NCBI GenBank assembly: GCA_009103225.1
Contig: RHPI01001202.1
Coordinates: 243,206 to 307,205 of the forward strand
Reading direction: 5' to 3'
DNA: 64,000 nt
From: Chlorokybus atmophyticus
Lineage: Eukaryota > Plantae > Mesostigma and Chlorokybus algae
Both the position numbers and the translations under genes were made by a program. The notes beneath the pieces are model-generated. The model saw only the letters and a program-made list of their open reading frames with translations. It did not search any database and was not told the origin of the DNA. This document shows positions 52,142 to 64,000 of the stretch, piece after piece (positions within the stretch are counted from its first letter, which is position 1; every line of letters starts with the position of its first letter).

Positions 52142-53817
52142 TGTCACAACTATCACTTGAATGTGATGTCAACTACTCGGTGCCAGTCAGTGCACGAATG
52201 CACACCGCAGCTCCGTCGCTTGTGTGCCAGGGACCACGGGGACGTAGAGTCCACTCGCAGCACACAACCAGCACAGCCGCCACGGACGGTATGCAAGTGG
52301 CATGCACACTCATGCGTGAGCATGCAGTGTGCCCCTGGGAGAAGACTGCAGCCACACATGCTCATAGGTGCAAGGCTATTGTGCACGCACACATGCCATG
52401 CACACCCTCAACATACAGAAGGCATACACATACACATACACCAACAGTGTATAAGGCTACAGCATGCACATACGCATGCATGCACACTTACAAGTGTGTA
52501 AGGCTACTGCATGCACATGCACTTGCATACATGCAAAGCAATACACAAGGCAGAACCAGCTAGGCAGGGGTTGTCCACAACAACAGGTAGAGGGAGGCGC
52601 CTCTTCTTAAGTGTCGGCGTCAACTACAGGATAAACACCCCAAGCCCTAAGTAGAACACCCAGAAACGCCCCCACATAGGAGGGTCAGGAAGGCCCCTTG
52701 AACAGCTAAGCCAAGCACCCCATACACACAGCAAATAAGCCCCAAGCTGAGTCCCAACTGTACTCCCAACACCATGCTGGCCTAGCCTGTTATACTCCTC
52801 CCTATTGCCCTCCCACTTGGCCACAGGTGAGCTGAAAAGCCATCAACGCCTTTTCGCCCACGCTGTGCTGACTCATCAGATTCTCTTTGCTATACAGGTA
52901 CTGAAGAGGTACTAGCATGTGTTACACCATGTTGGCATACGCCACTGGGGTGTGACACATGTCACTTCAACCATGCTTTGTGTCAGCTCCAAGTTACATG
53001 ACTAACTGCGTGACTAATTACTAACGGCGCACAGTTCTGTTCTGTGCTGATGGCTACTACACTTAGCAAAAAGCCTGCAGCCGTGCAGTCTCTGCTCACA
53101 GCTGAGAGGGTCTTACCACGCAGCATATAGACCTAGTCTTGCGCCATGGCCACCCTGGCGGCAGCATTGCACCAGCACAGCATCCCCGCCATCACCACTC
53201 CCCTTCTCTCGCCTTGCTGCTATTGTTGTGCTTTGTACTGCGCACCTACCAAACCACCGGCCTAACCTTCGGCCATGTGCGCACAGGGCTGCTGCCTTGC
53301 TTGTCTTGAGCGTTTGCCCCTCCCCTGCCCTGCCTTGCTGCTATCCACCCCGCTCCCTCGCCTCACACGCACTTAAACAGTGCACATAGCAAAGCCCTTG
53401 CCCGTGTAATTGAAGTGCCCTGGTGTCACACCACGGTGTTGGTGAGATTGGTGTTGCTGGCGTGCATGCTGAGTGCAGCCTGGTCTTGAATGCTTGTAAA
53501 GCCTATGCTTTTCAATAACTACCGTATCACACACAATTCACTGATGTGACACATGTCTCATCAACCTCACATGTCTCATCAGAAACCAGCTGATGGCATA
53601 TACACTCACCAATTCAGTGCAAGCTGTTTATTAGTGCCTTGTACAATTCATCTTTCCCATTGGGCAAGATGAGTTGGCAAGGCTCATGAGCACAAGGACT
53701 GACTATATGAGAAAACCACATAGGTATTGCACACATCTAAGCAGTTGAACTCTCATATAATCATGATGTCAACATAGCAGCCAGCGAGGGAGCATGCCTT
53801 GCCTATTAGGCATGACA
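52142..53817 (-). repeat. 3' LTR of the Gypsy element, with a ~540-bp extra segment (~52978-53515)
   Basis: TGTCACAA...CATGACA ends, adjacent to the PPT. Colinear with 58928-60043 except for the extra segment. Confidence 0.85.
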
Positions 53818-56800
53818 TTCCTCCCCACTTGCTTTGCGACGTCCCGTTGCAATAGGTTGGGTCATGACCCGCACAGCGCCTGCCAGACTAGGATGGCCAA
53901 TCTTGCTGAAGCCTCCGTCTTCCACGCATGAGAATTTGCAAGTCACGGGAGTAACTAACCATCTTACAATGAGCTATAGTTGATGGTAGTCACAGAAGAG
54001 TTCACCTATCAACATGTGCACATGTTTGACAGTATTGTGCAGAGCACTGTGTGTTGCTCCTTGAAGTGGCCCCTGTGGCTTTTAGTTCACTCTCAGACTC
54101 GGCTATCGTTCGCACAGTTGGACATGTTAGCCTCAGGCTCTCAGAAAATTATGCTCTTCACCATAACCATGCCACTTAAATAAGTACTCGGTGCCAAAAG
54201 TATTCTTATACTTCTGAACCGCTTGCCGAATATGGCCTCAACCTCATACTCTTCTTCACCTTCAACTTCAATTAAATAAGGAGGCGGCACTGCACCATCA
54301 CTCTTGTATAGTCTCAGCAGTGATACATAAAGTACATTATGTATCCTCATGCTTACATGCAATTTCAAACCAACGGCTCTATCACCAATTGCCGCAATTA
54401 CCTCAAATGGTCCCAACCCTCTAGGCAACAGCTTGCGAGGGGCTATTGTCTTGAGCTCAACATCACATAGTTTCCAACCTTGAGGCCCTCACTAGGCTTG
54501 CGATGCTTATGCTTATCACCATACATCTTAGCTCTATCGTGTGCAGCTCTGATGCACAGCTTAGCATGCTCCAAACATCAATGCATGTCAGCAGGGAAGT
54601 CCTTAGCAGCAGGTACCTTTGTAAATGCTTAAACTTTCAGAGCCATTGGGGTCAACGGATGCCTCCCATAATTTATGAAGAACGATGTGCTCTGCAAAGA
54701 CTCATGCCATGCATTGTCAATAGCAAATTTTGCTAAAAGCAAGTACTCATCCCAGGTGTCATACCATGGTGAAGTGTAGTTGCGCAGCACGTCTTCCAAC
54801 ACTTAGTTCACCCCCTCTGTCTGAGCATTTAATCAAGGATGGTATGATGTACTTAGGCTCTATTTTATGCCCATGTACTCGCACATAGCTCATCAAAGCT
54901 TGCTGAGAAACTTTGGGTCTCTGTCTGATACCAACTCTTGTGGCACCCCATGAGACTTGAACACTGCATTGACAGAAGAGAATGCAAACTCTTGTGCATT
55001 AATGTCAGTGCGGCAAGGTTCCAACCTCACCATCTTGGTCAAGCGATCAACAAAACAATGACAACACTGTGTCTTTTCTTTGTCATTAGGAAGTCAGTGA
55101 TCAGATCCATACTGCCACTTTGCCAGTACTACTTTAATATCTCAAGTGGTCTCAATAGACCTGCGGGCTTACTGCGCGAGGCCTTATAATGCTGACCTCA
55201 GTTGTACGAACATACATTGTTGCATCAGCTGCCATGCGGGGCCACCAGTACAAGCGCTCAAGCTTCTTGATAGTCTTTTTCATGCCCATGTGTTCACTAT
55301 ATACACAGCATTATGTACTTCATACAAGCAGTCCTGTGATAAGCTCACCATGTCAGGCACAACCAGCTTCCCTTTGATGTACCACAAATCACTGCGGTAC
55401 ACCAAGTCCGCATCAGCTTGTCGCAGCAAGCTAGGGAACCATCTGTTGAGTATGCTTGGGACAATCGCTTCAGCTTATCAAGTGCATCAACCTCCACAAC
55501 TGTGCTAGTTGACCGATTGTCAAGGTCCTCCCAATTAGGGTCTGGCCCTACAATCATCATGCCTTCTTGGCTAATCAATACCTCCCCATTGGGTTGGGCA
55601 TCAGTCTACGACAATCCAAATATGGATGCATCAATCAACTATGATTGAGACTGTCTCTGTACCTGAGACCTGGTCGTGCTCCCTTTCCTGGGGTACACAC
55701 TTGCAGAAACCCCGCGTGCCCGCGTCATTACTGCCAACAACAGTGGCGAGCGGCTAAGAATCTGCCAATCTGTTCACGTTTCCAGGCATGTAAACCCAAG
55801 TACAGTTAAAGCGAGACAGATATTCTGCCCACCTGGCTTGTCTCCATGACAAAGTTGGTTAAGTTTGAAAGGAAGTCAATAGGTTGTGGTTGGCTATCAC
55901 CATAAAATCGCCTTTTCATTTATTCCAAATTAGCAGCGCCACTCCATGAGGGCATGCACCACACTCAAAAGCTCCTGCTCTGTGGTTGTATACTATACAA
56001 CTAGTAGTTCTACTGAACTGGAGAAAACTTCTTGCTCAGGTAAGCAAGAGGGTGACCATTTTGCAACAATACTGCGCTAGCGCCATTTTCAGATCACTCA
56101 CATCGTTAACGGGCTGACTGAAGGTAGGCAACCTCAACACAGGCTTGCATCAAAGCCTCTATGACTGACTCAAAGGCTACTTGTTGCCTTTCTGTTCATG
56201 CCCACATGATCTTTGCGTTGGTTAGATCAGTGAGTAGGGCTACTCTATTAAAGTACTCCATTATGAACTTGCAAATGTAGTTGCACAGCCCAAGGAAAGA
56301 ACGTAACTCGTGTACATTTACAGGCACTGACTAATCCTCGACTGCGCATATCCTTTTAAGAACATCACGGATGCCATCCTTGCTAATCAAATGTTACAGG
56401 AATTCCATCGAAATGTCAACTCAGCCTATTTGAACTCATACTTCTCCATGACAGCATGGATCTATGCTGTCATGGAAAGCACAAATTTTCGAATGTGCTC
56501 TCGTAGTGTTTGCAACACCTCGCGCACATGTGCAACATGCGAAGCCTTGTCCTTACTGAACACAAAAATATCATCCAAGTACACAGGCACTGTTCTAGCA
56601 ATAGCCTTTAAGAACATCTGGTTCATCATTGCTTAAAAGATGGCTAGTGCAATGGTCAATCCGAACGGTAACACCGTGTCGTAAAAGTGGCCAACAAGTG
56701 TCTTAAATGCTGACTTTGGCACATCTTCCGTTGTTATCCAAATCTGATGGTAAATCGACACAAGATCCCACGAACTGAACACCATGCAACTGAGATAACA

Positions 56801-58927
56801 GATCATCAATTCTTGGCAATGAGTACCTGCTCTTGATGGCAAGCTTATTCAAGGCACGGTAGTCCACACACATGCGAAGCTTGCCATTCTTTTTCAAATT
56901 GAGAATGGCTGCACCAAAGGGAGCGCTGCTCGGTTCAATCAACCCCTTGTTATATATCCTTAATGCGCTTGTTTATGTCATCATGCTCGGTAGGGCTAAG
57001 CCAATAGACTGGTTTAAACGGAGGTTGTGCATCTTGCACCCGAGGGATAGTATGCCACACCTCCCTTTCAGGTGGCAAATCAGGCAACTCATTTCTAAAT
57101 ACATTAGCGTACTCATCCAAGACTGCATGCATTGCAGCATTGACTGTGCCACCAGTTGACGTAACATGTGTAGAGTTGTCTCCCGCAGTGGTGGCGTGGC
57201 CCTCACGCACAAGCACCAACAGTGGGGTAGCTCCTCGCTTGACTTCTCTTTTCACCTGAATAGCACTCAACAAGAGTGTTGAGACATTACATAATTGTTG
57301 AGAGACAATGACAAGTCAGTGCTCTCTCCCATCTGCCTTCAACACCACTCTGTCTCCGAGGAAGAGTCTTCCTTTCCTTACGCTATACAACTTAGTGTCA
57401 GGGTCAATGCGCAAACCAACTGCTCACTCCCAATGGCTGCCAATTATGACATCCACCTCTGGCACAACCACTGGAGTACCAAAAACCGGAGTTTACTGAC
57501 CTTGGGTACAACTACACACGCAGTGGTGTTGTGAGCACTTTCACTCTTGCACCTCACATAGTGCTTGAGACAGCTGACCAACTGATCAGCAAGCGCATTC
57601 AACAACACTTGTTTTTCGGCACATTCATGCATCAAAAAGTCACTGTCAACAGGCACACCCAGATAATTGTCATGCACTGCAACACTGCAGGTAGACAACA
57701 TACTTCCACTTCCAAACATGGCAAGTGTCTTGCTGTCAAACTTATGCACAGCAGCGCACAAAATACAGGAAGGAACAACACTAGCTATAGGTCTCGCGTA
57801 TAAGTCTTCACAGCTCACCCCGCACCCCTATGCGGTGTGGTTGATCTTTGCTGGGTTGGGGCAAGCCGCCATTTTATGCCCCTTCCGTCCACACTTGAGA
57901 CACTCCCCTGCCTTGAACCTTTTGTCCTTTACATTAGCATCAATGATTGATGGGGATGTTCACGACGTCGGCAGCAGTGTGAGGCCTCGCGCCATCAACC
58001 TCATAAGGCTTCTTGCTTTTGACCTTGTTCTTGCCTCTGGTCACATGCTAAAAGGGGCGTTTTCCAGCCTTGGCAAAAGTGGTAGGGTGTTCATAGTCAG
58101 CTTGTTGGTTTCAACAATTATGCGCTCCTGATTGTCATACTCAATAGCTGTCTTGACCATTTAGTGAAAGTCCTGGTCTATGTATACTTCAAGCCCATGT
58201 ACATTGGGCTTAAAGATCAATTGCTCTTAAACATTTGCAAACAGCGCACGCTTAAACCTTTCCATCTTCTCTTCCTCAGATATGAGCATGTCGGTGCCAA
58301 TCTCGGCCACCAATACACAAGAAGTACATGTGAAACTCCTCAGCTGACTTGTTGGGACGCATACGCAGCATTGCCAACTTGTTACGTGCCTTGAATAAAG
58401 GATTGATACCCCCAAATGCCTGAAGGAGGGCATGTTCAAACACATTCAGTGTCTTCGTATCCATACCCTTCGCCCGAAGGCGAGGTTCAGCCCCCTCCCA
58501 CATGCGGGCAGCATACCCTCTCAGATACGACGCCATTAGGGCCACCGCTCTGGCCTCGTCAGTTGGCAACATGCCACCAACTTTGAATGCACGTTTACCA
58601 TTGGACAATCAGTCATACAACACTGTGCTGATGTCCTTGCCGTTCCCATTAAAGGTGCCTGTGAAGAACTCAAGGCGGGGCAACATGGACTTGTTGGCAT
58701 GCACAGCTGCCATTTTGGTTAGCTCGTCTGCATGGCGTTGCTTCATCACCTCCATGTCAGCGCGCAACTTGGCAAGGTCATCCGCTTGCTCAGGGGTCAA
58801 CCCAGCCGTCCCAATTGCTGGCTAAGTGTTGCCTTCCATGTCTACTTGACAAGGAACAGCAATAAGTACACTAATACTCAGAGTGCACACATAAATACAA
58901 GGCCTACTATACAAGCTCTGACACCAC

Positions 58928-60043
58928 TGTCACAATCACCACCGCAGTGTGATGTCAACCGCTCGATGCCAGTCAGTGCACTAATGCACACCGCAGCGCC
59001 GTCGCTTATGCTGGGGACAGCCGGGACGTAGAGTTCACTCGCAGCACAACCAGCACAGCCGTCTGCAATTGGCATGCACACTCATCCGTGAGCATGCAGT
59101 ACGCCCATAAAAAGATGCAGCTACACATGCACACAAGTGCAAGGCTATTGTGCATGCACGCAGGCCACGCACACCCTCAACATACAAGAGGCATACACAT
59201 ACACATACACCAACAGTGTATAAGGCTACAGCATGCACATACACATGCATGCACACTTACAAGTGTGTAAGGCTACTGCATGCACATGCACATGCATATG
59301 TGCAAAGCAATATACAAGGCAGAACCAGCTAAACAGGGGTCCACAACAACAGGTAGAGGGAGGCGCCTCTTCTTTAGTGCAGGCGTCAACAACATGATAA
59401 ACACCCCAAGCCCTTAGGAGAACATCCCAAAACGCCCCCACACGGGAGGGTAAGGAAAGCCCCTTGAACAGCTAAGCCAAGCACCCCAAACACACAGCAA
59501 GTAAGCTCCAAGTTGAGTCCCAGCTAAACTCCCACCACCATGCTGGCCTAGCTTGTTATACTCCTCCCTATTGCCTTCCCATTTGGCCACAGGTGAGCTG
59601 AAAAGCCATTGACACCTTTTCGCCCACATTGTGCTGACACGTCAGATGCTCTTGGTCATGCAGGTCTTTAAAAGGTCACCTCTTGCTGGTACAGTACCAT
59701 TATATGCCATTGGCATATGCCAACATGGTGTGACACATGTCACTTCAATCATGCTTTTTAATTACCACTGTAGCACACATAATACATTAGTGTGACACAT
59801 GTCTCATCAACCTCACATGTCTCATCAACAACCAGTTGATGGCATGTGCACTGACCAACTCCGTGCAACCTGCTTATCAGTGCCTTGTACAGTTCATCTT
59901 GCTTAAGGCTTCTGAGCAGAAGGACTGACTATATGAGCAAACCACTCAGGTACTGCACACACTTAAGCTGTTGAACTCCCATACAATCATGCTGTCAACA
60001 TAGCAGCCTGAGAGTGAGCATGCCTTGCCTATTATACGTGACA
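58928..60043 (-). repeat. 5' LTR of the Gypsy element (~1.1 kb)
   Basis: TGTCACAA...CGTGACA ends, adjacent to the PBS, and homologous to the left LTR. Confidence 0.85.
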
Positions 60044-60627
60044 CATCTGATGGCAATGAGGCCATCTCTTGGCGCTTGCACGGGGCGCATGGCATAGGCG
60101 ATGCTACCATGCCACTTTGAGCCATCCACGTGACAGTATCGCGCTCGGCGGGGAAGCTGTTAATTGATGACCCAGTGTCTTTAATGCATGCACGTGCACA
60201 TTGATTCACATATCACATGTTATTTCGATTTAGACAATTTGAATATGCCATCCAAACCAATTAATTACAGCATATGTCACATCACAATCATAAAAGTTCA
60301 TATGCAGATGTGAAAGCTTAACAATTCTAACGGGCAAAAGTGGACCTGTGATATACATGGTGCGAGTGCCTTTGTTGGTTGCAGCTTTTGCTGTCATTTT
60401 TAGGTTGAACTTCGCATGGTCACCAATACGACGTGGCAACTTTTGCTATGCTTGCGCTCATCGCTGCTAGAGGGAAGGACATTGTTATGCTTCGTTGTGC
60501 AATCGCGAAAATCACTTCTTTGATAGATATGCGTTATAAGCATATGTTGCAAGTCGCATAAGTTATCATAATTCATTAATATATAACGATATTTTAGAGA
60601 TGTATTCATTGCTGTATTCCCTAATAT

Positions 60628-60690
60628 ACACACATATATATATACATATATATATATATATGCGTATATATATATACGTATATACTTATA
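60628..60690. repeat. Imperfect (TA)n microsatellite
   Basis: Interrupted TA run. Confidence 0.85.
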
Positions 60691-62579
60691 TAATCATTGT
60701 TAACACCCATCAGCCAAAGTTTGATAACGAGTATGATAAATGTCGTTATTTTATTGTGTGACAAACATTCACGAGATAAACCGCTTACTTTAGCAATTGC
60801 GTTGCTGCAGGCGGTGCATGTATTTCCGCAGCTTTCGCTGAAGGTGGGAGTTGTGGTATTAATGGGTTCGTGCTTCTATTGCATGATGCTGCACTGGTCG
60901 CATACATTATTACCATATCGTTTGCGAAACATATCGCAAGCGTCTAATGACATCGTCATGACATTTTGGTGATAGGCCCGCATTGTAAATGTCACATGTA
61001 TTGTATAGTGGTTATTTGATACAATCAACTAGCAACTAGTGTAAAAAGCGATCGTGTTGATAACTAATTTTACATCTGCATGCCGCACTTAAGTGCGTAC
61101 TAATTAGGGTGTGCTTTATGGATTTATTAAACAACTCGCGTTGACTACCGTTGTAAGTGTACTCATAGGCAGTGGTAGTAGTATCAGCATTTAAACGGCA
61201 CAGGCTCCCGTAAGGTCCAAGTTTCTATGTGGATGTATCTTCGATTTTACGGAATAGTCGTTACGTCATAGACTTTGAAAAGACATACATTTCAAAGGTA
61301 AACATTTGTGGTTACGGGAATATTCGTACGTGATAAGATTGGAGTAAGAGCTATAGATCATAAGTGGGGCAATGATTTAACGCATACAAATCTCGTACTA
61401 ATGTATAAATTCAATCGTTATGCAAGTATGGTTGCAAACCGCTACAATTGATATATTGATTATCAAGGATGGATAAAGCTTATATACCTTCGCCTTGTTA
61501 GCATATGTTAATTTGGCGCAAGGTAGTAAGCAAAGTAAGCGACACTTGCATTGATAGCATATTTATTCTCTGAAGCATCAAGAAAACATGTTCGTTATTG
61601 GAATAGAATATTCAAGCATAAACGTGATTTGTATAACGGGGGAAGACTGTATCACACAAGCGCTGACACGCGCGCGCGCGAGGTTTGCGGCGTGTCAGCG
61701 ACACTCACCCAGCACGCATGGTGCACCTGTTGTTGGGTGGTACAAATTCGTACTTGATTGCAGAGATAGATGCCGCAGGTGGTAGCGACTGACAGCTTTT
61801 GCATGCTGGCTTCTGTCTGACACAAAGGTTTCGGGTGGCCTGCGGTGTGTTTGACCAATGGTGCGTGCGGCGTTCTGATTCAGAACGGATTGTCCTGATG
61901 TTGTTTTTGTCGTGTAGTGCCGCAGACTTCTTCCAATGGAAGCACCTCAGCGGGCAAAGTCATGCCCAAAGTGCCTGAATGCCCGTTAGGTGATTCCCCT
62001 AAACGCCAATAAGCAGGGCATTTGCTCACGGTGAGAGCTTATTAAGATGTTAACAGCCACTGCAGCCGAATGTAACTACGGTTGCCTGCCGTACGGTACC
62101 AAATTGCTGAGAGACAGCAATGATGTTTGATGTGTCACATCGTTTGCTGAACCATGTGACGCAGGCTGAGTCACCCACTTGGATGACTCCAACTGGCAGC
62201 ACCAATACCAATACCGCAGTCTGGCGACAGGCGCGCGTTTTGTCGTTGCTAGCGAGCAGTGCCATTATTGCTGGCCGTGCCACCATTCTCGATTTTGGCA
62301 CCAGCAGCAGTGCCAGGAGGAGGAGGAGGAGGGCAAGCCGCGGCGCGGAAAAGGCTGCCGCGCCCAGTAGAACAGTCAACATGTCAATTGAACGGCGAGA
62401 AAGAGAACAAAAAACAACCAAGGCGTGGGCGGCAGTGACAGTGGGGGCATGGCTAGCAGGGGGTGGCGGCGGCGGCGGGGAGGTGGCGGCGGCGGGAGCG
62501 GTGGTGAGATGGTCGTTGGTATTGGTGTGCGGGGCTTGTTGATGACTGTTTACGGGTGAGAAGACGGGGGCCGGTGTCA

Positions 62580-64000
62580 ATGTTGATGACGCGGGGGTTT
62601 GAGGCGAGCGGTTGCAGCAGCAGCGGCAGCGGCGCCAAGCACGGCCGCCTGGCCTGCAAGGGCGTCGGCGAAGCTGCTGACGCTACCGCCGGCAGCGCCA
62701 ACCACGCTGGGACGCGTCGGCGACGCCGCACCTCCGACGTCGACGGAGAAGCAATTCGTGGAGCAGGAGGACGAGCAGGAGGGGCACGAGCAATCCGAGC
62801 AGAGGCAGGCTGCGATGACGACGGGGCGTCGTCGTCGTCCTCTAGCAGGAAGAGCAGCAGCCGGCCGCCCTCGCAAGATTACCAACAACGCCGTGGAGGA
62901 GAGCGACTAGAAGGGTCGTCGTCTCATGGGCAAGAAGCTGGCAACGGCCTCGGCAACAACCTGCAGGAGGTCGCCGCCGCCATAGGGGCTGCTGCGGCGG
63001 CGGCTGAGCAGGACGTCACAGCGACAGCTGCCACGTCCGACGCACTTGCAGCCATGCCAGATGAACGCTTTGAGTGGCCGCTCGCTGCTCAGGTAACAGC
63101 TTTGCCTTTCATCTTTGCAGCTGTCAGCTTGCATGTACTTGCATGCATGCAGTTTGTGCTTGCTGCACATGTGTTAGGAACAGCCTATATGTCAACTCAG
63201 TTGGCGACAGTGTGGTCCCCTCATTGCATACACAGCCAAGCCAGCAAGCGATTGCACACAACTGTGTTGGTACGCACGCGTCAGTCTTCAGCTCATGCGT
63301 GAAGATTACTGTTTCTCCTTCCTCTAGCAAGAAGGGCTTGCAGCAGCTTTTTGCGCATGATGTTGACAACAAGTGCAAGAGGTTCTAGTTCAACAAGAAG
63401 GGTTTGCAGCAGGGTGCCCTGGTGTAATGCAATGGTTGTCTTGCATGCACGTGTCCATCTACAAGCGGCTCAATGTCAATGCAACACCAGCACGTGTAGT
63501 TTTCACAAGAGAAATCAGCTATGTGTGCTGCAATGCAGTTGTACAGGTGTTGGTTCGCACAGTCCCATGCAGCTCTCACTTACAAGCACCTGTTACATGT
63601 GAGTTGTGTGTATCGTCCATGAGTTCACTTGCAGAAGCCTGCAACTGAATGCAAACAGTCAGCAAGTTAACAGTTGTTAGGCTGTCTGCATGCATTGAGC
63701 CACACACTGTACTAATGAGTACTTTGTTGTGTTACAGCCGCACGGCGTAACTGTGGTAGTTGAGGAGCGCACTTTCAAGATCCTGTCGATGAGCAGCAAC
63801 ATACATGAGCTCGTGTGGGAGCGACCCGCTCCGCATGGAAATCCTTATGCCGGTTTAGGTCAGGACGCTCGCAGCCTTTTCACCCCTGCGGCAGCACCTC
63901 ACATTCAGAAAGCGATGGCCGCTTCCGATCTCAGCGTGTTCAACCCTATTGCCGTTTTCACTGCCAGCAGCGGCCGCCCCTTCTTTGCCATCCTTCATCG
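62580..64000 (+). CDS. PHY: Phytochrome (5' part: N-terminal extension and PAS domain of the photosensory module), truncated by the window edge
   Basis: Exon 62580-63092 ends ..FEWPLAAQ, a 645-bp GT-AG intron follows, and the exon from 63738 reads PHGVTVVVEERTFKILSMSSNIHEL..GLGQDARSLFTPAAAPHIQKAMAASDLSVFNPIAVFTASSGRPFFAILHR. This matches the plant/algal phytochrome PAS consensus (QP(F/H)G..D.R.LFT..LS..NPI..SG(K/R)PF(Y/F)AILHR). Confidence 0.9.

Larger units (their letters stand above)
52142..60043 (-). mobile_element. Degenerate Ty3/Gypsy LTR retrotransposon with chromodomain (chromovirus-like)
   Basis: On the minus strand: PBS TGGTGTCAGAGC (58915-58926, iMet-type), gag (ASYLRGYAARMW), CCHC CLKCGRKGHKMAAC, RT LRMCVDYRALN..LPRIDDLL..YLDDI, RNase H, integrase, EEEYEVEAI chromodomain (~54140-54260), PPT GTGGGGAGGAA (53818-53828). 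Many stops. Confidence 0.93.

Noticed and set aside
63325-63415. CAAGAAGGG(C/T)TTGCAGCAG repeated twice in the phytochrome intron, a possible micro-exon
   Set aside because: Tested frames hit stops, and direct splicing 63092 to 63738 already gives an in-frame QPHG.

Overview
Eukaryotic, intron-rich genomic DNA with short GT-AG introns full of CA/TG repeats. It is most likely a green alga, and the phytochrome at the right end points to a streptophyte or prasinophyte alga (inference). Positions 1-9 kb hold a decayed minus-strand Plavaka-type DNA transposase split by a nested Ty1/Copia element with a CCCAT target-site duplication. A GNAT gene lies at 10.6-12.2 kb, followed by AT-rich repeat-bearing DNA. 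An F-box pseudogene contains a perfect hairpin and an 876-bp pure (TG)n. A 5,241-bp tandem duplication carries a hypothetical gene, tRNA-Phe and a DUF3054-like gene, and is probably an assembly artefact. A gene-dense block follows: SDR carbonyl reductase, RluA-type pseudouridine synthase, Sen1-like helicase, a second GNAT, a CPBP/CAAX-II protease and sarcosine oxidase. Next come a 1.67-kb non-autonomous TIR element and a decayed chromodomain Ty3/Gypsy element (52.1-60.0 kb). The window ends in the 5' part of a divergent phytochrome gene. All family calls come from motif recognition by eye; no database searches were run.
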